From: a virus
Lineage: Duplodnaviria; Caudoviricetes
DNA: 36,241 nt
IMG/VR virus record: IMGVR_UViG_3300042297_000545
Coordinates: 1 to 36,241 of that record
Reading direction: 5' to 3' (one strand)
In this document: in pieces, positions 1 to 8,391 of the stretch
How positions within the stretch are numbered: the first letter of the stretch is position 1
Layout: every line of letters starts with the position of its first letter
Notes under the pieces: generated by a model
What the model was told of the DNA's origin: nothing
Database searches by the model: none
The model's input: only the letters and a program-made list of their open reading frames with translations
Position numbers and translations under genes: made by a program

Positions 1-25
1 GCCGCCCCCCCCCCCCCCCCCCCCC

Positions 26-151
26 AGGCACGAATGGCGACCGAATAGTAACCGAACCAGCGACGAAAGGCGATCCGCGCATCGTACGCGGACGGCGTCA
101 GCGCAGCGTCAGCGGTCAGCCAAACCGTTCCCGCATCCGCGCCGTGGCGAG
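26..151 (+). repeat. 126-bp terminal direct repeat, left copy (circular assembly overlap)
   Basis: aggcacgaatggcg...gccgtggcgag is identical to 36116-36241. Confidence 0.95.
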
Positions 152-415
152 GGCCTCGCAGAGCGTTTCCTGCATCGCCTCGGTCATCCCTTGACTGATC
201 CCCGAGTCGTCCAGCGCGGCATGGCACAATTCGTGGTACAGCGTCCGCCACTGGTGCCGTTTGGCGGCCGTCGTCGCGAGCTCGATCGTGCGGTTGGCCG
301 CGTCCCACATCCCCCAGCAGTCCGTGCCGTCGGCGTGGCGCAGCGTGGGCTTGAGGACCACGGCGATCGTGCCGCCTGGCGCCTCCACCGTGGTCGGCAG
401 GTTGGGGTACTTCAC
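116..415 (-). CDS. Small HExxH zincin-like metallopeptidase (ImmA/IrrE-like fold), 99 aa
   Basis: GTG at 415 overlaps the upstream stop; sequence CWGMWDAANRTIEL...TLYHELCHAAL...QETLCE. Confidence 0.7.
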   Translation of the reverse strand: MKYPNLPTTVEAPGGTIAVVLKPTLRHADGTDCWGMWDAANRTIELATTAAKRHQWRTLYHELCHAALDDSGISQGMTEAMQETLCEALATARMRERFG

Positions 416-1542
416 ACCTGTTCGCCGTTCATGAACCGCACCGCGTCCTGCGGGTCTGAGAAGCACTGCACCCGCTGATCGCGCGTCGGGCAGAGCACGA
501 CCGTCGGCGCCGTGGCGCGATAGCGCGCGAAGCCCTTGGCGCGGGCGTAGCTGCTATCGACCTGCCACGCGCCCATGCGGAGGCCCCAGACGTCGCGCTG
601 CTCGAACTGGTGGCAGCCGTGCGCCGCGGTGTGGTTGTGGCCGATCGCGAGCACGTCGGGGCACACGTCCCAGTTCGGCCCTTCTTCTTGCAACCACGTC
701 CAACAGGCGTGCAGCGGGTTCAGGTTGCTATGCCTCCGCCACTGGTGCCGCGTGTGGATGCGATAGGTCGCCGTGACCTCGTCCACATCGAGCGGGTTCA
801 CGATCTCGACTTGCCACAGCAGCTCGTCGGGCGCGTAGTGGATGCGATGGCGACGGGCCAGCGTCTGCAAGTGATCCGTGCCGGCCAGCGTCTTCGACCA
901 GTCGTCGTGGTTGCCGGACGTGGTGCCCAAAAGCTTGCCCTTAAAGCAGCCGACGAGAATGTCCAGGAGCCGCAGGTCGTCGCCGATCTGCCCGACGTTG
1001 CCGCCCCGGTGTTTGATCGGATTATCGAGGAGGTCTCCCACGCCGAGCGCGTAGAGGTGTGGCGTGCTCCCCACATACTCGGCATACTCTTTAAGCCCAG
1101 CGAGGTCGGTGCCGTGCGTCGAGATGTGCCAGTCGGACGAGATCGAGATCGCGATGGGCCGGTCGCTCGCGATGCGCAGGCGGGCGTGCCGTTGGGCCTT
1201 CGCTTTCTCGATGCTGCGGGTCGCCGTGCCCATGACCCGCGCCAAGAACGCCGCCTCGTCCTCGTCCGCGCTCGCGTCCGGCGCGTACACCTCGGCCAGC
1301 GTCGGCCCCTCTGGCGCCGTGTACTGCGCGACGGGGCGCACCATCGGGATCGGTTCGGCCCTGGCAAGGGAGTAGAGCCCAAGCCCCATCGACCGCAGCT
1401 TTTGATTGATCCCGGCCCGGGAGCGGTGCGGGAACAGCGTCTGCGCCATCTGCTCGGCGGTCATCATCGCCCGGGCGCCTTGCTCGAGCGACGCGAGCTC
1501 CAGCTTGGTCCACGGGCGGTAGTTGTGTCCCCTGGCTTTCAT
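412..1542 (-). CDS. Calcineurin-like metallophosphoesterase with an N-terminal HTH/Myb-like segment, 376 aa
   Basis: Motifs SDWH, GDLLD, GNHD and GHNH; start MKARGHN at 1542 overlaps the upstream stop; N-terminus WTKLEL...HRSRAGINQKL. Confidence 0.85.
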   Translation of the reverse strand: MKARGHNYRPWTKLELASLEQGARAMMTAEQMAQTLFPHRSRAGINQKLRSMGLGLYSLARAEPIPMVRPVAQYTAPEGPTLAEVYAPDASADEDEAAFLARVMGTATRSIEKAKAQRHARLRIASDRPIAISISSDWHISTHGTDLAGLKEYAEYVGSTPHLYALGVGDLLDNPIKHRGGNVGQIGDDLRLLDILVGCFKGKLLGTTSGNHDDWSKTLAGTDHLQTLARRHRIHYAPDELLWQVEIVNPLDVDEVTATYRIHTRHQWRRHSNLNPLHACWTWLQEEGPNWDVCPDVLAIGHNHTAAHGCHQFEQRDVWGLRMGAWQVDSSYARAKGFARYRATAPTVVLCPTRDQRVQCFSDPQDAVRFMNGEQV

Positions 1543-1676
1543 GCGCCCCTCGGCAGTCCCTGAAGGTCGGCGGGCGCGAACACGTCGCCGCAGTGCTTGC
1601 AGTGGCCCGTCGGGTCGGGCTTGCCCCATTCGCGGCAGGTGGTGCAGCGGCGCGGGGTGCTCGAGCTGGATGCCAT
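1539..1676 (-). CDS. Small zinc-ribbon protein, 45 aa (not in the ORF track)
   Basis: Manual translation MASSSSTPRRCTTCREWGKPDPTGHCKHCGDVFAPADLQGLPRGA; two CxxC motifs; fills the gap with an ATGA overlap. Confidence 0.65.
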   Translation of the reverse strand: MASSSSTPRRCTTCREWGKPDPTGHCKHCGDVFAPADLQGLPRGA

Positions 1677-1681
1677 GGTCG

Positions 1682-2026
1682 CTACGTCTCGTCGACGACC
1701 GGGACTTTTTGGCAGCTCGCCAGTTTGCGCGCGGCCAATCCCGTCGCCACGACGACGCGGTCAAAGCGCTGCCCGTAGCTCACGCCCGCAATCGCGACGG
1801 CCACGTTCGTGTCGTCGTGGACGCCCGTCCACCGGCCGGCGCCAACGTGCGTCAGCGCCTGCACGCCCGCCGGAGACACGAGGGCGGTGGTCGTGCCCTT
1901 GGCGCAGAGCCGCATCTCGACCGTGCCGGTCGTGAGGGCGGCGCCCGTGCTCTGGTCCGTCAGCGTCAGCTCGTAGTGCAGATCGTCGAGCCCGCTGATG
2001 CGCTCAATCGTGTCGGTGGGGTACAT
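1682..2026 (-). CDS. Putative virion beta-sandwich protein (BppU-N-like), 114 aa
   Basis: YELTLTDQSTGAALTTGTVEMRL pattern; lies in the run of structural genes. Confidence 0.55.
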   Translation of the reverse strand: MYPTDTIERISGLDDLHYELTLTDQSTGAALTTGTVEMRLCAKGTTTALVSPAGVQALTHVGAGRWTGVHDDTNVAVAIAGVSYGQRFDRVVVATGLAARKLASCQKVPVVDET

Positions 2027-2038
2027 GGTCGCGTCCGG

Positions 2039-2941
2039 TCAGGAAGGGGAAAGAGGCAACGACGTCACGCGCACCCGGCGGGTCGTCGCGTCGTTAGTTA
2101 GGAGGCGCCGGTCGCTCCGGTCGACCACCGTCACGCGGGGCACGCTGTCATCGACCACGCGGACACTGACGGTCTGCGACGGGAGCGTGAGCGGCGCGAT
2201 GGCCGTCAGGGTGACCGTGAGAGCGCCGTCGAGAGTCTTGGGGACGGTGACAGTGCCGACAGCGGTGACGACCACGGTCGCCGCGGCATCGAGCGGACGC
2301 GGCACGGTCAGCGACGCCCCGACGGACAGCGCGAGCGAGGCCGATCCGACCAGCGGCTTGGCGACACTCAGCGCGGCCGCGGTCGTCACGGAGACGATGG
2401 CGGCCGCCGCCAGCGGCTTGGCCACCGTGAGCGCGGCCGTGCTTGAGACGGTGACGGAAACCGCCGCGTCGATCGGCTTGGCGGTCGTGAGTGCCGCCGA
2501 CGCGGTCAGGGTGGCCGTAAGGGCCGCTGAGAAGCCGGTGCCGACGGACAGCGGCGCGTCGGTCGTGATCGCGACGGACAGCGCGCCGGCCAGTGGCTTG
2601 GCGACGGTGAGTGCGCCAGCCGTCGCCATCGCTGAAACGACAGCACCAGCCAGCGGCTTGGCGACACTCAGCGCCGCGGTCGCGTCGAGCTGCGCCGCCA
2701 CCGTCGCACTGAGCCCACTGCCGACCGAAAGATTCGCCGTGGTCGTGACGGTGGGTTCCAGCGCGCCGGCCAGCGGTTTGGTCACGGTGACCGCCGCCGT
2801 GGTCGTCGCGGTCACGACCACCGTCGCGGCAAGCGGCTTCTCGAGCGTCAGCGCCGCTGCCGCAGACGCGGTGACCCCTACGTCAGCGGAGAGGCTGACG
2901 TTTGCAACGACCCTAGACGCGAGGAGCGTTAAAAAGGACAC
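2039..2941 (-). CDS. Ala/Thr/Val-rich protein with 20-aa tandem repeats, putative fibre, 300 aa
   Basis: About 13 units, most ending AL(S/T)VAKPL; 60-nt periodicity is visible in the DNA (cagcggcttg). Confidence 0.8.
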   Translation of the reverse strand: MSFLTLLASRVVANVSLSADVGVTASAAAALTLEKPLAATVVVTATTTAAVTVTKPLAGALEPTVTTTANLSVGSGLSATVAAQLDATAALSVAKPLAGAVVSAMATAGALTVAKPLAGALSVAITTDAPLSVGTGFSAALTATLTASAALTTAKPIDAAVSVTVSSTAALTVAKPLAAAAIVSVTTAAALSVAKPLVGSASLALSVGASLTVPRPLDAAATVVVTAVGTVTVPKTLDGALTVTLTAIAPLTLPSQTVSVRVVDDSVPRVTVVDRSDRRLLTNDATTRRVRVTSLPLSPS

Positions 2942-2960
2942 GGGCGGCCCGTCCTATTGC

Positions 2961-3125
2961 CTACGAGACAGGCCGCGCCCACCAAACGCGCCACGGCGTC
3001 TCGAGCGGGCCATCTTCAACGATTGTCATCTCGTCCACCGGAACGCCCGTAAAGAAGCCACTATCAATAGTGTCCTGCGCGTCCTGCTCTGTCGCGTAGG
3101 CGCCCAGCACGATGTTGTCAGTCAT
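2961..3125 (-). CDS. Small acidic hypothetical protein, 54 aa (not in the ORF track)
   Basis: Manual translation MTDNIVLGAYATEQDAQDTIDSGFF...PWRVWWARPVS; fits between the flanking genes. Confidence 0.6.
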   Translation of the reverse strand: MTDNIVLGAYATEQDAQDTIDSGFFTGVPVDEMTIVEDGPLETPWRVWWARPVS

Positions 3126-3127
3126 GG

Positions 3128-3715
3128 CTATCCGTAGTAGGCGTTGGTGCCTTTGATCTCAAACGGCGACACGTCTTGGATGTCGCTCGTCACGAAGGTT
3201 TCCGTGAACGTCATGTAGCTGTCGCCACTGAGTCCCGGACCAGCGCCGTTAGCGAACAGCGTCGCCGTGCCTGCGCCAGCCGTGCCGACGTTGTTGTACG
3301 CCATACGGATACGGATGCGGTCACCGGGAGCAAACGTGCGAGACGAGGGCGTTGTGGTGCCGGTCCGCGTGCTTTCTGTGGTGTCAAGCTCGCCGCCAAG
3401 CTGGAAATTCAGGAACATGGTCGACAACGCACCGCCCGAGTCCTCTTTTTGCATCGTCACATTCACCGCGACGTTGACCGTATCGACAGACTCACGCACT
3501 GCCAACACCATGGTGATCGGTCCGCTAATCGTCGTGGTGGCAACGAACGGCTCCGTGAACCACTGATACCCAAGTGAGACCAGCGGAAAACTTGTCCCGC
3601 CAGCCGTGATTGATCGGTTGACAGTCCACACGTTGCGGCCTCGGCGCTGGCTGACGCTCATGTTGGTACCGCCGAACGTACTGGCGAAATCGCGCAGATA
3701 CATGGTCGTCGACAT
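3128..3715 (-). CDS. Putative virion beta-sandwich protein, 195 aa
   Basis: Start MSTTMYLRD at a TAATG overlap; Thr/Gly-rich; TFAPGDRIRIR. Confidence 0.7.
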   Translation of the reverse strand: MSTTMYLRDFASTFGGTNMSVSQRRGRNVWTVNRSITAGGTSFPLVSLGYQWFTEPFVATTTISGPITMVLAVRESVDTVNVAVNVTMQKEDSGGALSTMFLNFQLGGELDTTESTRTGTTTPSSRTFAPGDRIRIRMAYNNVGTAGAGTATLFANGAGPGLSGDSYMTFTETFVTSDIQDVSPFEIKGTNAYYG

Positions 3716-4233
3716 TACAGCTCGTAGCCCCAGACGGTCACCGTGATCGACTGCGCGTTCGTAGTCGTCAGCCGCAGCAGATAGTCGACCGCCCCACGCG
3801 CCGCCGTCGGAAACGTGACGTACACCCCCGGCTTGTTCGTGCCGCTCGGCGCAAACTCGCCGTCGAACAGCGGCGCATCGGTGCCACGGGTATATGTCGT
3901 ATCGCCAGACGCGCCGAACCACACCTGCACCGTGCCCGCCGTCGTGCCAAAGGACTGGATTTGCAGCGCCGTAATCACGACGGCCTTGCCTGCGGCCGGC
4001 GTCCACACCGCCGCGCCCGTCTGCGCCGTCGACGCGGTCACGCACTTAAACGCCGTGACCGTGCCCGACCGCGTCACATCGACCTTCATCCCGTTCGTCG
4101 CGTCCCCCGGCGCATCAACCGCAGTCCCGTCAGCGCCGAGAGAAATCTTGACGCGCTGATGCAGGATGCCGCTGATGTCATCGGCAGCAACTGTTGCGCC
4201 CGTGCCGGGGGTGTAGCCTACGTTGTCTGCCAT
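3715..4233 (-). CDS. Putative virion structural protein, 172 aa
   Basis: Start MADNVGYTPGTGATVAADDISGILHQRVK at a TAATG overlap; this N-terminus resembles phage fibre-like proteins. Confidence 0.7.
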   Translation of the reverse strand: MADNVGYTPGTGATVAADDISGILHQRVKISLGADGTAVDAPGDATNGMKVDVTRSGTVTAFKCVTASTAQTGAAVWTPAAGKAVVITALQIQSFGTTAGTVQVWFGASGDTTYTRGTDAPLFDGEFAPSGTNKPGVYVTFPTAARGAVDYLLRLTTTNAQSITVTVWGYEL

Positions 4234-5981
4234 TACGCGAAGCCTCCGCTGGAAAAGCGGATGTTGTCGATATACAGGCGACCGTTCGGCCGCACCGCAT
4301 TGTTCTGCCATCCCCACAAGTAGCCGCTGCGGAACGCGTTGTGTACGCCGGGGCCGAATAGTCCGGCATACGTGGGCAGGTTCGTGCGCGAGAGCACGAG
4401 CGTGTCGTTCACCCAGATTTGGATGATGCCGTCGTTATTGGCTGCGGTCGCCACCTTGCATCGGAACCGCAAGCGCGTCCAGGCGCCCGCGTACGCCGCC
4501 GCGCCGACGAACCCGCCGGAGGGCTGACGGTTCTTCGATGAGCCCTGCTCGCCCATGGCGTTGGACGTGTACGGAGCAACGGTCATCGTCTGCACAAACT
4601 CAGTGCCGATGTACGCGGGGCCCTTCGGCGCGATCGGCCACGTGGAAGCCCCATAGAGCACGCTGTAATCCTTGCTGGCTTTTTGGTATGCGCCGTACAC
4701 GCGGAACAGCTTGTCGTTGCTTGACCCTCCGTCCTCCATAGCGGTCAGTAAATCGCCGACATAAGTGTGCTCGGCGCCACTCGGCATGTAGACGTGCTGC
4801 TCGATGTGCAGGTCTTCCACGTCCGGCAGACCGCTAAACTGGATTTCGCCCGCCGCCTTGGAGGCAAAACGAATGCGAAAGACGTGCGACCCCCCTTCGT
4901 AGGATACGCCGGGCGCGATAGGATGCGCGACCGGCCACATCTGGGCCGTGGCATTGTTGAAGAGCCGGACGCCATTTTTTACGGCGCCAAAGTTTAGCCC
5001 ACGTGTCGGGGAGCGCGTGACAAAGTCTTCGCTAGCCTTGAATGACGCCAGCAGCACCCCCGTTGACTCAGGGGCACGGCTTGTGTGCGTGGTCGGTGAT
5101 GGCGTGCTGCGCCATACTGGATCGGCAAACGTCACGCTAAACGCATCGACCCCCGTGCGGATGTCGACACCGTTGGACAGCGCCGGATCGAAGCCGCGCG
5201 TCGCTTCCCCCATCAAATAGCCTGCCCGCCAGTAGTCGTGCGTGGTCGTCGTATCATTAAAGGACCACAGGGACAGGTCGGTGCGGTTGATGGCCAGCGT
5301 ATCGCCAACCCACATCTGCACGACACCATCGAGCGCACTGGCGGCGCTTGACCGTTTCAGGTGGACGCGGATGCGCTGCCACTTGCCCAACTCAATCGCC
5401 CCCGTGCCGTCGTTGTTGACCGCGTTGGAATAGGTGGCTCTCTGTTGCACACTGCTACTTGCATACGAATCGGTTGACGCCCGTAAGAAGCTGCGGCGAG
5501 TGCTGGTCCCTGTCGCTGGGTCCACTTCAGGCCACAACTCAAAGACCACCACCGTGCGTGATGCATCTACCGAGTAGGAAGTATTCCAAAACGCGGCAAA
5601 TTTCTTATGGCGCGACCCGGCATCATCTTGCCGGTTATGCCAATTGGTTGGCAGGAACACCCACCACTGCGCCCACATCTCTCGCTTGGCGTTAACGTAT
5701 GGGCCACCTGTTGGGTCTACATACCACCGCTGTTCAGACCACGGGTTATTCGGTGTGGTGCTTGGCTGATACCGGAACCGCAAAAATTTCTGCCCGTCAA
5801 TGCTGGTCACGCCCATCCCAAGCGGCTTTGCATCCCCTTGAGGATCAATGGCGGGGTCTGCGTTGGTGATGCGGGTAGCGTTTGGTGGTTCAAACGTGAA
5901 GACGCCAGGGATGTTCAGCGCCCGGACGTTCGGTCCCTCCGCGGCGCCTTCAAACGACGTCACAAAATGTGGGGACGCCAT
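4233..5981 (-). CDS. Protein with two tandem polysaccharide-lyase-like/LamG jelly-roll domains, putative depolymerase or receptor-binding protein, 582 aa
   Basis: Start at a TGATG overlap; duplicated motif GxWxRxR...DG(V/I)(V/I)QxWVxDTL...RTxL...GYLxG. Confidence 0.65.
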   Translation of the reverse strand: MASPHFVTSFEGAAEGPNVRALNIPGVFTFEPPNATRITNADPAIDPQGDAKPLGMGVTSIDGQKFLRFRYQPSTTPNNPWSEQRWYVDPTGGPYVNAKREMWAQWWVFLPTNWHNRQDDAGSRHKKFAAFWNTSYSVDASRTVVVFELWPEVDPATGTSTRRSFLRASTDSYASSSVQQRATYSNAVNNDGTGAIELGKWQRIRVHLKRSSAASALDGVVQMWVGDTLAINRTDLSLWSFNDTTTTHDYWRAGYLMGEATRGFDPALSNGVDIRTGVDAFSVTFADPVWRSTPSPTTHTSRAPESTGVLLASFKASEDFVTRSPTRGLNFGAVKNGVRLFNNATAQMWPVAHPIAPGVSYEGGSHVFRIRFASKAAGEIQFSGLPDVEDLHIEQHVYMPSGAEHTYVGDLLTAMEDGGSSNDKLFRVYGAYQKASKDYSVLYGASTWPIAPKGPAYIGTEFVQTMTVAPYTSNAMGEQGSSKNRQPSGGFVGAAAYAGAWTRLRFRCKVATAANNDGIIQIWVNDTLVLSRTNLPTYAGLFGPGVHNAFRSGYLWGWQNNAVRPNGRLYIDNIRFSSGGFA

Positions 5982-6391
5982 CAGGCGAACGTGATCGAGA
6001 GCGCACCCGCCGCAAACGACGGCGCGGCGTCGCCGTTGCTGATGACGCGCGATGCGGTCAGCGCGCCCCACACGAGCAGGTTGCCGGACGACGTCGCGTC
6101 ATATATGCCGAAGTGCGTCACGGTGCCCCAGGTGGCCGTGGGGGCCGCGAACGTGATGGCGTTGGCGTTGGTCGTCACGCCGTCGGTCGAGCTGGCGGCC
6201 GTCCAGTTGGCGTCGAGCGGGTTGGCGGAGACGCGGGCATAACTGCCGCCGCTCACTTCGGTGCCACCACCGGCGTCCGACGGGGCGGCCGTGAACAGGC
6301 CGATCGCGAGCGTGGTCGGCTTCGTGAAGCTGGCCGTGCGGAAAATGTGGTCGCGCAGCTGGCCTTCGAGGTAATCAGACATCGCGGACAT
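5981..6391 (-). CDS. Conserved phage structural (fibre-associated) protein, 136 aa
   Basis: MSDYLE...LFTAAPSDAGGGTEVSGGSYAR...WGTVTHFGIYDA is a widespread phage virion protein pattern. Confidence 0.8.
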   Translation of the reverse strand: MSAMSDYLEGQLRDHIFRTASFTKPTTLAIGLFTAAPSDAGGGTEVSGGSYARVSANPLDANWTAASSTDGVTTNANAITFAAPTATWGTVTHFGIYDATSSGNLLVWGALTASRVISNGDAAPSFAAGALSITFA

Positions 6392-6442
6392 AGTGGACCC
6401 CTTGATGAGTTGGTGAAGTACGGCGCGGGTGCGGTGAGGTGG

Positions 6443-6976
6443 TTAGCGACCCAGCAGGACGCCCGACACGATCCCGGCGCCCAACGCGAAGGCCACGGTG
6501 CGCCACTGCGGGCGCTTCGTGAGCGTGTCGATCTGGTCCTGTTGGTGGACAATGACGAGCGCCGACGCAGCGAGCGCCGCCGAATCGGTCGAGGCGCGCA
6601 TCCGCGAGACAGCGCGCTCGATGTCAAGCGTGCGGGCGAGCGTGTCCACGTGGGCCGTCAGTTGCGTTGCTGCTGTTACAAGAGCGGCGATTTCTGGAAC
6701 ATGCTGTAGAGAGTCTGGAACGGCGCGTACCACGGTGTCCACCTTCCAGCGCGTCACGACCAGCCGTTGCACCACCGTGTCGGTGTGCGCCTGCGCGGTC
6801 GAGTCGGCCGTGCGCGCAACCGTCACGCCCAGCGGGACAGCTTCCACGGTACGTGTCACGCTGCGACGGCCTTCGCGGTAGCGGTTCGCGCCGTAGCTCG
6901 CCACGGCAACCCACAGCGCGATCGCGGTCGCGAGCACCACGATGGGCCACGAGAGCCACTTCGGGAGCGGGATCAC
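6443..6976 (-). CDS. Spanin-like (Rz-like) membrane protein, 177 aa
   Basis: GTG overlaps the endolysin stop; N-terminal TM segment, helical Ala-rich body and hydrophobic C-terminus; follows the endolysin. Confidence 0.55.
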   Translation of the reverse strand: MIPLPKWLSWPIVVLATAIALWVAVASYGANRYREGRRSVTRTVEAVPLGVTVARTADSTAQAHTDTVVQRLVVTRWKVDTVVRAVPDSLQHVPEIAALVTAATQLTAHVDTLARTLDIERAVSRMRASTDSAALAASALVIVHQQDQIDTLTKRPQWRTVAFALGAGIVSGVLLGR

Positions 6977-7587
6977 TTGGCTCCCAGGCGAAGCAGGAGC
7001 GAGTCGCGCTTGCCTTCGGACTGCAGACGCTTGGCCCACGCGGGCCGCTGCGACGCGGATTCCCACGCGGCATACTGGAGATGGGGACGGTCGGGGAAGG
7101 ACGTCCAGAACGCGCCGGCCACCAGCCCGCACGCCTCGGCGTGCTGCCCGAGCCAGTACCAGAACTTGGGGCTCGCGTTCCACTGCTTCTTCCGGTCAAT
7201 CACGTCCACAGCCAGCGTCCAGTAGTGCAGGCCTGTCGCGGCGGTCGCCACGTTCGTCACGCGGCGACCGGGGCGCGTGCGGCCGTAGCTGTACAGGAAC
7301 CGCTGCCGCTCGTCGCTGCGGTAGGTCTCGAACACGGTCGCGTCGAAGCCGCCCGCTTTCATCTTTGCCATCGCGCAGTCCACTTGGGTCCGCATCCCCA
7401 CCGGCAGCACGTCCAGCGAGTTGCACGGCAGGATCACGAGCAGCGTGTCACGGCCCGAGAGCTGCGCCCGTGGCGTGCAGGGCGTGGGCGGTTGCGCGGA
7501 CACGACGAGCGGGAGGGTCGCCAGACTCATCGCCGCGAACACCCGAACCAAGCGGCTGCGATGTGTGTGGGGCGGGCGTGCCGTCAT
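6973..7587 (-). CDS. Endolysin, peptidase M15 (L-Ala-D-Glu peptidase-like), with a signal-peptide-like N-terminus
   Basis: Motifs ETYRSDERQRFLYSYGRT, H-x6-D (HYWTLAVD) and DRPHLQ. Confidence 0.85.
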   Translation of the reverse strand: MTARPPHTHRSRLVRVFAAMSLATLPLVVSAQPPTPCTPRAQLSGRDTLLVILPCNSLDVLPVGMRTQVDCAMAKMKAGGFDATVFETYRSDERQRFLYSYGRTRPGRRVTNVATAATGLHYWTLAVDVIDRKKQWNASPKFWYWLGQHAEACGLVAGAFWTSFPDRPHLQYAAWESASQRPAWAKRLQSEGKRDSLLLRLGAK

Positions 7588-7907
7588 GGCGCCCTCCGCT
7601 TGGGTCGGGCCTTGGCCGAGGCCGTTGGGCGCGGCAGCTCGAGGACGGTGATCCGCGTCTCATGGTCCGCGATGATGTCGCCCAGGCGATTGAATCCGCG
7701 CTCCTGCGCTTCGTTCGTCCGCGCCAGCGCGTCGGTGAGGGCCGACGTGGCCTTGGTGTTGTCCGCAATCGCGTGGCTCACGCTGATAATCGACGGGGCG
7801 ATGTGCTCGGCATGGAACGACCGCAGCAGGCTGCGGAGGCCGCGTCCGACTATTGCGATGAGGGTGCCGAGGGCGCCGGCGCCCCCGATCCATTCGGCAG
7901 GCGTCAT
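7584..7907 (-). CDS. Putative holin, 107 aa
   Basis: One N-terminal hydrophobic helix, a coiled-coil DHETRITVLE and a basic tail; immediately upstream of the endolysin. Confidence 0.55.
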   Translation of the reverse strand: MTPAEWIGGAGALGTLIAIVGRGLRSLLRSFHAEHIAPSIISVSHAIADNTKATSALTDALARTNEAQERGFNRLGDIIADHETRITVLELPRPTASAKARPKRRAP

Positions 7908-7978
7908 CGCGAGGGGTCCATGAGACAGCGCGGCGCGGGAACGCCGGAGTGGGGAAGCGCAGCGTGCGGCATGGATGC

Positions 7979-8046
7979 AAGCTGACGCACGCCGGCCGCC
8001 CGACCTACGCCGCGGCGTCGCGACTACGGCGCAACGGGGGGTAATG
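7979..8046 (-). promoter_or_regulatory. Putative late promoter A (lysis operon)
   Basis: 24-bp box at 8023-8046 is 23/24 identical to 23299-23322, followed by CGTAGG and a -10-like CAGCTT at the same spacings. Confidence 0.65.
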
Positions 8047-8391
8047 TCGGAACCGCGGGCCGAACCAGCGCACGCCCGCGTAGAACAGCGTCGCCCGCAG
8101 GCGCCCGACGCCGCTCGCCCGCAGCGCCGTATAGAATCGCCGGTGGATCACGATGGACGGCGCTCGCCGCGTCGTGAGCTCGTAATCGTGCAGTGTGGCC
8201 GCCTTGATGATCGACCCACTCAGCGGGTGGCCGACCAAGGGCCAGAGGATGGCGGGGAGCGTGGCGCCGTCGGTCTGAAACCCCATCGGCACCGTGATGC
8301 GGGTCGTGCTCGTGCGCCACCGCAGCGGTGCAAGCAGGGCTACGCGCCCGCGCCCGCGGAACTCGACCCGCAGCGGATCGGGGCCGAACAT
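8005..8391 (-). CDS. DUF1353 family protein
   Basis: ITVPMGFQTDGATLP...AATLHDY...FYAGVRWFG signature. Confidence 0.85.
   Translation of the reverse strand: MFGPDPLRVEFRGRGRVALLAPLRWRTSTTRITVPMGFQTDGATLPAILWPLVGHPLSGSIIKAATLHDYELTTRRAPSIVIHRRFYTALRASGVGRLRATLFYAGVRWFGPRFRHYPPLRRSRDAAA

Noticed and set aside
1-25. Poly-C at the left end where the right-end copy has poly-G; possible invertible segment
   Set aside because: No flanking inverted repeats or invertase. It sits at the contig edge next to a hard-to-sequence homopolymer and is most simply a read-end or assembly artefact. Raw reads would settle it.
74-92. TCCGCG-7 bp-CGCGGA inverted repeat as an alternative attP core
   Set aside because: About 4 kb from the 3' end of int and without clear arm repeats; more likely a terminator-like hairpin after the last late gene. 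Not fully excluded.
26-151. Terminal repeat as a biological direct terminal repeat or attL/attR
   Set aside because: It cuts through a gene, has an assembler-overlap-like length, and the terminase and cosQ-like motif indicate cos packaging.
2039-2941. CRISPR array or DGR template/variable repeat
   Set aside because: The repeats are degenerate in-frame coding units; no reverse transcriptase, cas gene or adenine-specific repeat pair was seen in the window.
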